DNA of 28,041 nucleotides from Bdellovibrionota bacterium FG-2 (GTDB taxonomy: Bacteria; Bdellovibrionota; UBA1018), in contig JBBCAV010000019.1 in the NCBI GenBank assembly GCA_051382305.1, positions 1 to 28,041 on the forward strand, given 5' to 3'. Shown piece by piece: positions 18,723 through 27,088 of this stretch. A model generated the notes under the pieces. That model saw nothing but the letters and a program-made list of their open reading frames with translations. It did not search any database and was not told where the DNA came from. Numbering within the stretch: the first letter of the stretch is position 1; each line of letters starts with the position of its first letter. Both the position numbers and the translations under genes were made by a program.

Positions 18723-20720
18723 ATGAAGTTCACCCTTTGTCTCAATCTGATTGTCACCTTTTGGGTGCTTCTTAAGGCAGGAAACGACCAATACGATTAT
18801 ATCCGAATCATGCTATGGATGATCCTCCTCTTTGGCTTTCCCGGCTGGTTGATGGGCCTTTACTCTGGGATGATTAGGTACTCCCAGGAATTTTGGCAGC
18901 AAGGACTTATCAGTTTCATAATAGGATCGACCGTCGTCACTTCTTTAGTTTACGTGCTCGGACACTTCTACACCCTAGGGAACATCACTCAGTGGTTAGG
19001 ATTCGGACTCTTCTATGTGTCATTCGGGCTTGGTGTGAAACGATTGAAGCCGCAGCTTAAACTGCCGATTTTGTGTTGGGAAGATATCGTGCTAATGACC
19101 CTTTTTAATATTCTTCTCTATTGTTACATCGCCCCAACGGAAGGGCTTATCGTCCCACCACTCCACGACCCCTCCGCAAATGTGATCATTGCAGACAAAT
19201 TGAGCCGATTTGGCTTTAGTTTGGCCCAATTTCCAAAGTTTATGTCGGGCTATCCACCCGGGGCGGCCTATTGGACTGCACTACTTCGCTCCTTTTCCCG
19301 CGTTGACGCCGCAAGAGTCGTTCTTTTTTCGACAAATTTTATGAACATGATGTGTGCCTTCTCATTTGGCCTTTTTATAAAGACCTTTTTTGAAAAGAAG
19401 GACTTAATGCCCCTAGGAGTCATTGTTCTCGGCATGTTGTCCGTGTCAATTTCTCGGATGTATTTCGAAGCAGGAAAGAATTCACAGATTTTTGGATATT
19501 TCTTTCTCTTTGCCTCTTTTTGGGCGGTGACTGCTGCATTGAGAAGTCCGCGACTTTCTTCAAATTTCCTCGCTATGACAACCTGTCTTTTTGCAATTTT
19601 AACCCACTACAACAATATCATTATTCTCCCTCTAACCCTTTTTTGCATTACCTTAACGCTTCTGCCGATTTTTCGAAAATATCGCACTAAGGAATGGTGT
19701 TATTTTGCAGCAGGCATTTTCTATTTTTCCGGATGCCTGCTTCTCATGTTTTGGGACCTCAAACATACACGCTCAGGAGGACACATAATTTCGCAGGGCA
19801 AAGAAGGGGGGGGTAGCGCTGTCGGAATTGTTGTTGATAATTTTTGGGCCGAACTAGGCAACGCGATTCTTAATGCACCCGCAGTCTTGGGCTCTGAGAA
19901 GAATCCCCTTTACCGTTTCACTGCACTTTGGGGGCTGTATTTTGCTCTTGGATTTAGCGTCTGGACCTTAGTCCGAAAGCGACAAATTAGGCTCATTTTT
20001 CTGCCACTTTTTGGAATTGTTTGTCTGATTCCTCACTTTCTTACCAATCAATCTGTTCAACGCTACTCCACCTTGAACGATTTTCTCCCATTTCTCTTTT
20101 TTAGTGTATTTGGAATCTATTTTGTTGTTTCAAGAGTTAAACGCGTGAAGTGGTTATTCATCGCTTCACTTACGTGTCTCTTGTTTTTCGGCATTATCTC
20201 ACTTAAACTCAATGTTTATACACCATTTTCCCAAGGCCGACGATTAAGCCCCGTCACCCGCGCTGATATGGATGCCTTCGCGTGGATAAAGAATAACACG
20301 AAAGAAACTGATCACTTTCTACCAGCAAACATCGTACTGGCGCACGGGGTTGCCTTTCAAACTGATGGATCAATGTATTTGAAAGTGTTTGCTCAAAGAC
20401 AGGAACTCTTGGGATTTACTGCGGGCGACGTATTTGAAGACCAGAACCCACACGACATCGAACTCTTCCAAAAGCACGCAAGGGATCTCACAAATCCAGA
20501 TGTATTGAAAGAATACCAAGCGAGAAATATTAATTACGTTTATGTGGGCCCCTACCATTATTGGGGACCTGGAATTTGGGATTTGGAGAAGCATCCCGTC
20601 TTATATCAAAAAGTATACGATCATGATGGGGCCAAAGTTTTCAAAATAAATTTTCCTCATTTTACGAATAAGATAAAGACCTCGGACTTAGGATCGCTCA
20701 GAAGGAAACACCAGGCATGA
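18723..20720 (+). CDS. Polytopic membrane protein, putative GT-C-fold transferase (paralog B of 5475-7454)
   Basis: 665 aa, collinear with paralog A, including an identical 37-aa block ANVIIADKLSRFGFSLAQFPKFMSGYPPGAAYWTALL. Confidence 0.7.
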   Translation: MKFTLCLNLIVTFWVLLKAGNDQYDYIRIMLWMILLFGFPGWLMGLYSGMIRYSQEFWQQGLISFIIGSTVVTSLVYVLGHFYTLGNITQWLGFGLFYVSFGLGVKRLKPQLKLPILCWEDIVLMTLFNILLYCYIAPTEGLIVPPLHDPSANVIIADKLSRFGFSLAQFPKFMSGYPPGAAYWTALLRSFSRVDAARVVLFSTNFMNMMCAFSFGLFIKTFFEKKDLMPLGVIVLGMLSVSISRMYFEAGKNSQIFGYFFLFASFWAVTAALRSPRLSSNFLAMTTCLFAILTHYNNIIILPLTLFCITLTLLPIFRKYRTKEWCYFAAGIFYFSGCLLLMFWDLKHTRSGGHIISQGKEGGGSAVGIVVDNFWAELGNAILNAPAVLGSEKNPLYRFTALWGLYFALGFSVWTLVRKRQIRLIFLPLFGIVCLIPHFLTNQSVQRYSTLNDFLPFLFFSVFGIYFVVSRVKRVKWLFIASLTCLLFFGIISLKLNVYTPFSQGRRLSPVTRADMDAFAWIKNNTKETDHFLPANIVLAHGVAFQTDGSMYLKVFAQRQELLGFTAGDVFEDQNPHDIELFQKHARDLTNPDVLKEYQARNINYVYVGPYHYWGPGIWDLEKHPVLYQKVYDHDGAKVFKINFPHFTNKIKTSDLGSLRRKHQA

Positions 20721-22699
20721 CCAGGGAAGCAACCAGGATTTGGGGATTATTGGTATTTTGCGCAGTCACTGGCTTTGGAACACGTGCGGCGCTAAGAGCC
20801 TTACCAGCCCAGGAGCTTGAAATTTCCTACACTGGGGCAGCGACAGACACTACGCTGGATGTTTTCTATGATTTCGGTTTTGATCGCAAAACCCACATCC
20901 ACGACTCAACTCGGCACGCACTGAAATCCGGGAACGGAAGGATTCATTTCTCACTTTTGAGAAAACCAATTCTAGGGCTACGGCTTAATCCAAGCCCAAA
21001 GTCCGGGCTTCCACAGATTCAATCTATTCTGGTGAAGGTGGGTAGCGCTGCAATCAATGTCGACCCGGCCGAACTTACTGAGAATGCGCAGGGCAAGTGG
21101 AGCTTAGATCTCGATAGAGGCAACGATTCAATCCCCAGGGTATCTCCTCTCAGGCCTGACCGAAACCGAGCTGCAACCTCAGCGATGTCAATCCTCTACG
21201 AAACGAAAGCGATCAAGAGCAAGATCTTTGTATTCAGATCCATTCTAGGATTCCTGGCACTCTTTACTGCAAGCCTTCTATCCCTGGTCATCCTCAAATG
21301 GGGCAAAATTGAACCCTATCTTAGTCGCTGGACCACGAAATCTGACCGCCTCGTCGAGGCCCTAATCGCCCATCCGCGGTTTGAATCACTTTGGATGAGT
21401 ATGTGCGGCACTTGGTTTCTCATGCAGACTTTGTTTTTCGCGCTTCGAATCAAAAACAACATTCCACCAGATGAAGCTTGGCATTTTCGCAGACTGAACA
21501 TTTTCTTAAATACAAAAGCCCTCTGGTTTTCAGAAACCCCTGAAATCTACCCCCTCGGGGCGTTGGGTCACATGGGCAATCTTCACCCCCTCCTTACCGC
21601 GCCCCTAATTAGCATTAGCCAATTCTTCGCTTGGGATCCATTTCTAGCCCTCAGACTTTCGAGCGTCGCATTTTCTCTTGGTACATTTTTCTATACGTTC
21701 TTGTTGCTGCGCCTTCTTGTCAGCAATCTCCTTACACGTTGTGCGATAATGGCCTTCTTTTCAAACATCCTCATGTTTACCTTTATTTCGAGCGCTATCT
21801 CATACGACGCACTCACAAACCTTTTGGCTATCGCATCAGTGTTTCATCTTATGCGTTTTGGGAAAATGGGACGGACCGAGGACTTGTTTTTTCTATGCCT
21901 CACCTGGGCGGCAGGAGCGATTACCAAAATCACCTTCTTGCCGCTCATCGCACTCGAATTGATTCTACTGCTCCAGCAGGGCTACTCTATGCAGTGGCAC
22001 AGAACGATCAACCTCGAAAAGCTGCGACAGTCGCTTAAGACAAAAAGGCGTAAAGCCGTTTTGCTTGTGACACTTTTCTTTGGCATTTGGGGCGTAAGCC
22101 TTTATGGCCGCAATCTCATAACCTATCACGCATTGGAGCCGGGCATTGACTTAATCACTACCCCTGCCACGGCACTCGAATCTAACGCCGAATACCGAAC
22201 GACGCAAGAGCGCCTCGAAACGCGTGATTCTAGGGCCGAGCTGTCTTTTGGTAGCTTCTCCAAAGATTGGGTAAAAATGATGGTGACCAAGACTTTTGGG
22301 ATTCACGCCCACCTAAATCTGTTTAAAGACACGAAAGAGCTATGGCCCATCTATTTTCTAATCTATGCCTCTTTGTTTGCCTTTCTGTTTTCTTATAGGC
22401 ATTTGTTTTCTGAAAGAACTTTCTTACAGCTTCTCTTCCTGTCGGCTGGATACGTCGTCATTGTTTTTATGCAAAATCTAAAATCGCAAACCGAATTTCG
22501 AATTATCGGAATTGCAGTCCAGGGCCGCTATCTTTTTCCAGTGCTTGCGCCTCTGCTCATCGTCCTATTTCACCCCATCTTTTCCTTCGTAAGAAGCCGC
22601 ACGGGACAAGCGCTTCTCACTCTATTCACCTTAGTCACAGGGGGCTACGGAGGCTTTATTTACTTTATTAGTAATGCAGGTCCCGAGTGGTTTAGATAA
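20717..22699 (+). CDS. Membrane protein: N-terminal extracytoplasmic domain plus PMT/ArnT-like GT-C domain
   Basis: PPDEAWH, LRLSSV, ISYDAL, TKITF, QGRYLFP motifs; soluble segment after TM1. Confidence 0.7.
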   Translation: MTREATRIWGLLVFCAVTGFGTRAALRALPAQELEISYTGAATDTTLDVFYDFGFDRKTHIHDSTRHALKSGNGRIHFSLLRKPILGLRLNPSPKSGLPQIQSILVKVGSAAINVDPAELTENAQGKWSLDLDRGNDSIPRVSPLRPDRNRAATSAMSILYETKAIKSKIFVFRSILGFLALFTASLLSLVILKWGKIEPYLSRWTTKSDRLVEALIAHPRFESLWMSMCGTWFLMQTLFFALRIKNNIPPDEAWHFRRLNIFLNTKALWFSETPEIYPLGALGHMGNLHPLLTAPLISISQFFAWDPFLALRLSSVAFSLGTFFYTFLLLRLLVSNLLTRCAIMAFFSNILMFTFISSAISYDALTNLLAIASVFHLMRFGKMGRTEDLFFLCLTWAAGAITKITFLPLIALELILLLQQGYSMQWHRTINLEKLRQSLKTKRRKAVLLVTLFFGIWGVSLYGRNLITYHALEPGIDLITTPATALESNAEYRTTQERLETRDSRAELSFGSFSKDWVKMMVTKTFGIHAHLNLFKDTKELWPIYFLIYASLFAFLFSYRHLFSERTFLQLLFLSAGYVVIVFMQNLKSQTEFRIIGIAVQGRYLFPVLAPLLIVLFHPIFSFVRSRTGQALLTLFTLVTGGYGGFIYFISNAGPEWFR

Positions 22700-22702
22700 T
22701 TC

Positions 22703-24163
22703 TCAAGCCACAAACTTAATCCGCCCCATCGCAAAGACACACATTTTCAACAAAAGCCAGCCGTGTTTCCACCGGCTAATGTTTGTCTCGCCATAAGTGC
22801 GCTCACGATAACGAATGGGAACTTCGGCGATCTCCAAATCGAGCTTTGACGCGCCAAATATCAAATCAAAATCCCCAAATGGATCAAAATCCCCAAAATA
22901 GGTCCGCCCCCGCGCGATCCGGTCATAATTCACGCGACTCACGACCTTTGTCCCGCAAAGGGTGTCCTTGAATCGCTGGCCTAACAGCCAGGTAAAAGCA
23001 AAACTAAAAAACTTATTACCCATAAGATTCAAAGGCCTCATGGCTTCTTTTTCCATTTTATAAACCAAACGACAGCCGTTAATAAACTCGCCATGTCCGC
23101 CCGCATAGACATCAACAAATTTGGGCAAATCCTCAGGGGGAACAGTTAAGTCAGCATCCAAAATCATCAACAAATCCCCGCTGGCCTTCGAAAACCCCAA
23201 TCGAACCGCATCCCCTTTACCGCGCCCCGCTTGCCTAAATCCCAAGACAGGGAACGGCTTAGGGATCGATTGATCAGCAATCACCCGATCAATCTCCTCG
23301 CCCGTCCCATCTGAAGAATTACCTTCGACAAAAATCAGCTCATACTTTTCCGTTCGCCGAGAGGCGACTTCGGCCATCCGACGAACTGCGGCCTCAATAT
23401 TGCCCTTTTCGTTCCGAGCAGGAACCACCACAGAGACTTTGAAGTCACGGAGATTCACAACGGAGGACATTCGCGCGATTACGAAATGAGTACAGCCAAG
23501 CAGACTTAGAATCGGTAGCGGAGAAAAAAATCGATTAACAAAATCCGAAAATGGACCCCAATTAACAGGAATCAAACAGCGATAGCCACGCTTAATAGTG
23601 CGGAACCCCGAGATGCTCAACAAATTGGAAACATCCTCCGCCGAAAGCCAATTCATAGCCGGCTGGGGCATTTTTAGTTTTAGCATCTGAGCAATCCTAA
23701 ATACCGGTGCCCAAAGAAAGTTATAATAAGATGCGATAATTCGTGTATTGGAATGGCAAAGCGGCCTCAAGTATTCCAGTGCTTTTTGCACATCGTCCCA
23801 GAGACCGACAGCATTCACGAGCACAATATAATCAACCCCGTTTGGAAATGCTTTGATAACCGAATCCGGGAGCGGGCCGTCTCCCCTCCAAGTGTCAAAC
23901 GAGAACCCTGGAAACCGCCTCCGAGCTTCATCGCAAACCCGGGATGAAACATCCAGGCCAAATCCATTTGAACTTTTGCAGGCTTCCAGAATCGAGCCCA
24001 CACCAAATCCGATTTCCAGAATCGAAGCGCCTTTTTCGACATGAAAGGCAAATAGCCGCTTCAGGTCTTGATAATAGTACCCGCTCTTCTTAATCCAATC
24101 ATACCGATCAGCCACTATTGTCACCCAACCATCTAAATCTGCCATAAGCCCCAAATCTGGCAT
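22703..24163 (-). CDS. Fusion of a SAM methyltransferase-like domain and a GT2 glycosyltransferase
   Basis: N-terminal LEIGFGVG; C-terminal SVVVPARNEKGNI, GKGDAVR, LDADLTVPPE, DTLCGTK, DPFGDFDL. Confidence 0.9.
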   Translation of the reverse strand: MPDLGLMADLDGWVTIVADRYDWIKKSGYYYQDLKRLFAFHVEKGASILEIGFGVGSILEACKSSNGFGLDVSSRVCDEARRRFPGFSFDTWRGDGPLPDSVIKAFPNGVDYIVLVNAVGLWDDVQKALEYLRPLCHSNTRIIASYYNFLWAPVFRIAQMLKLKMPQPAMNWLSAEDVSNLLSISGFRTIKRGYRCLIPVNWGPFSDFVNRFFSPLPILSLLGCTHFVIARMSSVVNLRDFKVSVVVPARNEKGNIEAAVRRMAEVASRRTEKYELIFVEGNSSDGTGEEIDRVIADQSIPKPFPVLGFRQAGRGKGDAVRLGFSKASGDLLMILDADLTVPPEDLPKFVDVYAGGHGEFINGCRLVYKMEKEAMRPLNLMGNKFFSFAFTWLLGQRFKDTLCGTKVVSRVNYDRIARGRTYFGDFDPFGDFDLIFGASKLDLEIAEVPIRYRERTYGETNISRWKHGWLLLKMCVFAMGRIKFVA

Positions 24164-24197
24164 AGAATTAGGGCCGCGAAAAGGCTAATAATCGAGT

Positions 24198-24941
24198 ATG
24201 TGCGCCCAAGACCTCGATGATCCAAACAGAGTTGATGAATTGCGGAGACTGATCGAGACTAAGGGATTCTTGAAGCGGTTTTACGCCGAAGTTTACGCAA
24301 AATACGCTCAATGCCTCCGAAACTGCCCGTCCGAGGGGCTCGTTCTGGAGCTGGGCTCAGGGGCAAGTTTTGTGAAAAAGCTTATTCCCGAGACGATTAC
24401 CTCTGACACCATCGCCTATGCTGGAATTGACCAAATCGTTGACGCCACCCAAATGCCCTTTGCGGATCAAAGCCTGCGTGCGATTTTCATGATGAACGTT
24501 TTTCACCATATTCCGGACGCGGCGTCTTTTTTGGCAGAGGCTTCACGCTGCCTTAAAAAAGGGGGCCGCATTTTTATTTTAGACCAGCACGTTAGCCCTC
24601 TGAGCAAGCTCGTTTTCCAGAATGCCCATCATGAACCCTTTGACCCCACCGCCTCCGATTGGAAATTTGCTTCGAGTGGTCCACTCTCAGGCGCAAACGG
24701 AGCCTTGGCTTGGATTGTTTTTCGAAGAGATTACAAAATATTTGAATCAAAATATCCGGATTTTAAGCTTTTGCAGTACAGTCCTCACACGCCGTCTCGC
24801 TATTGGATATCTGGAGGACTGAAAAGCTGGGCGCTTGCGCCGGGGTTTCTTTTTCATCCCTTTACGCTTTTTGATCGGGGGCTCGCAAAGATCAGCAGTA
24901 AATTCTGTTCTTTTGTCGATATCGAAATTGTGAAAAATTAG
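24198..24941 (+). CDS. Class I SAM-dependent methyltransferase
   Basis: LELGSG, DATQMPF, VFHHIPD, RCLKKGG, HHEPFD. Confidence 0.85.
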   Translation: MCAQDLDDPNRVDELRRLIETKGFLKRFYAEVYAKYAQCLRNCPSEGLVLELGSGASFVKKLIPETITSDTIAYAGIDQIVDATQMPFADQSLRAIFMMNVFHHIPDAASFLAEASRCLKKGGRIFILDQHVSPLSKLVFQNAHHEPFDPTASDWKFASSGPLSGANGALAWIVFRRDYKIFESKYPDFKLLQYSPHTPSRYWISGGLKSWALAPGFLFHPFTLFDRGLAKISSKFCSFVDIEIVKN

Positions 24942-24942
24942 C

Positions 24943-27081
24943 CTACTGGCCTTCCTGAATCACAAAAAAATAAGACTCTTTGGCTAAACTCTGAATCACA
25001 TCAAAGTGGGCATACTGCATCAACTGAAATGCCTGATAAACTTGGGGCCGATCTCCCTTTTGCGTCACCATTTTGAGGTCTGTCTTTTTGAAATCTTTAG
25101 GGAGGTGCGCAACACTTTGCGCGTCCTCTGGCAACATCAGATAGACTTTCAAATCGGGCCTGGGCAAAAGCGACAATGCCCCTTCAGGCGGACGCTTGCG
25201 CGCCAGCTTATTCAAATGCTCCGTATGCTGCCGTGTCTTATCATACTCAAAGAAGTAACGCTCCTCAGACTCAATTCCTCGCGCATCAACGACAATTGCC
25301 CCACGCAGCGCTTCGTCAAGTTCCGAAATCCGCGCTTCCGCCTGCCCATACTCAACAGGCATTCCCTCCCAAACACGCCCCACTCTCAACCCATTTAACT
25401 TCAAATTCTGAAAGACGAAATCGACATCATTTTGGGCCAAAACCACACGATCCGAAAGCAGGGCGAGCAACGGTCGGTCAAGCTTTGGGATTCGATTCTT
25501 CATGAGATCGTCATAGGCCAGTTGGGCCGGAATCCAATACTGCCTACGCGCATAGAGTGCACGCTCCCAGCCATACCGATTGTAATTCACGTCGAGCCGA
25601 TGCCGTATTTGGGTAGTATGAAAAAGACCTCGTCCAAACAAGACCAAAAAAGCAGCGATAGCAACAAACCAAAAACGAGAAACCCGCTCTGGATTCCATT
25701 TTGAACTCAATTCAAGTACCAACAAAAAGCCCGATAAAAACAAAAGCCACTCCATCCATAGGAGATCTCTTAAAACAAAACGCGATCCAAAAACAGCATT
25801 AGCATAGGCAAGCGATACCAAGACGAAGAGCGCACAAAACCTCTTGTCCTTAAAAATGGAAAACCCACTTTTGCGAAACATCGGAACAAAGTAGGTTGAA
25901 CACAAAACCACATGGGTCAAATACAGAACGGGACTGAAGCCAACAAAGCGAATAAAACCTTTGAACGAGTCCTTCAATCCAACGGAGTAGTACATCTTAC
26001 GCATAAACAGGATCTTGAAATCATAAAGCAGATAAGTCCAACCGAGCTCTCCAGCAATAGCGATAAAATGCAGTGCAAATGACGCCAAAAATCCTGTAAC
26101 CAGGAGGCTCCCTAAGGCCGCAAACTCAGAAACTGGGCGCCTCCAAAGCGGAGAAAAAACATAAACCTGGCCGACCATCAGGGCACAAAACAATATCGAA
26201 ACACTTGTCACACCCCAGGCCTTAAAATAGGTCTCATGGGCTGCATAAATATGGAGATCAAAAACTCTCCAAAAAAGCAGCAAAAAGACCGCTAAGTTAA
26301 CGACCGAAAGTCCATGATAGCGCCGCAGCAAAGACTTCGCTAAAGTTCGCTTCCCCTCCGGCGGCGCGTGCGAACTCCAAAACAGATATAGGAAAGCCGG
26401 AAAAGAAAGCAGATAAAAAAACGACTGAATCTTTGTCAAAAACGAAAGCCCTAACAAAACCCCACAAATAAGGGGTGCCCCAATGTTCCTAACCTTAGAC
26501 GGCGAACCGCCGCGCTCTGAGGCGAAAGCGAATGATGCAATCCAAAGCGCTAGGGCCCAAAACAAGAAACTATAGAGCTCGGTCCTCGAAATTGCCGCTT
26601 GATAAGTGAATGATGCCTGAACGCCCACAAACAACAACAACGCGGCTGAGACCCAAACCCCAGAACTCTTGAACCAGGTCCTTAACACCCCCCAAACCGC
26701 CAATACACAAACCAAAACCATCCAAGGACTCAGCGCCCGAACATTCAAAACATTCTCCGCAATAACCCCCAACGGATTAAGCGAAGCCTTAAGTTCCGGG
26801 ATCGAACACGGGGTACTATACCCAACAAAAGCCCCGATCTTAGCCAGAATTAGAAACAGGAGGTACATCCCAAAACCCGTATGATTCAAATGCGCAGGAA
26901 TCTCACCTCCCTGAAGAACGCAAGAATCCAGGGTCGAGACATAGTCCAAATCAAAAACAAAATAGTAGGGGTACTTCGAAGATAAAAAGGAATAAAACGC
27001 CAACAGAGAAGCGGCGATCAGGGCAATCAACACTGAACCTACATTAGAATTCTCGGAAAACTTAGAATTAGCTTTCAACAC
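24943..27081 (-). CDS. Large polytopic membrane protein, putative GT-C-fold transferase
   Basis: About 710 aa; FDLD after TM1, HLNHTGFG, RTELYS, LTKIQ; soluble C-terminal domain. Start is probably GTG 27081 or TTG 27078, after a GAGGG SD. Confidence 0.6.
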   Translation of the reverse strand: MLKANSKFSENSNVGSVLIALIAASLLAFYSFLSSKYPYYFVFDLDYVSTLDSCVLQGGEIPAHLNHTGFGMYLLFLILAKIGAFVGYSTPCSIPELKASLNPLGVIAENVLNVRALSPWMVLVCVLAVWGVLRTWFKSSGVWVSAALLLFVGVQASFTYQAAISRTELYSFLFWALALWIASFAFASERGGSPSKVRNIGAPLICGVLLGLSFLTKIQSFFYLLSFPAFLYLFWSSHAPPEGKRTLAKSLLRRYHGLSVVNLAVFLLLFWRVFDLHIYAAHETYFKAWGVTSVSILFCALMVGQVYVFSPLWRRPVSEFAALGSLLVTGFLASFALHFIAIAGELGWTYLLYDFKILFMRKMYYSVGLKDSFKGFIRFVGFSPVLYLTHVVLCSTYFVPMFRKSGFSIFKDKRFCALFVLVSLAYANAVFGSRFVLRDLLWMEWLLFLSGFLLVLELSSKWNPERVSRFWFVAIAAFLVLFGRGLFHTTQIRHRLDVNYNRYGWERALYARRQYWIPAQLAYDDLMKNRIPKLDRPLLALLSDRVVLAQNDVDFVFQNLKLNGLRVGRVWEGMPVEYGQAEARISELDEALRGAIVVDARGIESEERYFFEYDKTRQHTEHLNKLARKRPPEGALSLLPRPDLKVYLMLPEDAQSVAHLPKDFKKTDLKMVTQKGDRPQVYQAFQLMQYAHFDVIQSLAKESYFFVIQEGQ

Positions 27082-27088
27082 GTCACCC

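Noticed and set aside
18461-18757. Short ORFs 18461-18658 (+) and 18497-18757 (-) as real genes, such as a GtrA flippase
   Set aside because: No GtrA-like four-TM pattern or recognisable motif; a different, interrupted minus frame explains the region better.
5475-20720. Active recombinase-driven inversion (shufflon) between the inverted paralogs
   Set aside because: No recombinase gene in the window, no repeated crossover sites at junctions, and heavy synonymous divergence between the copies.
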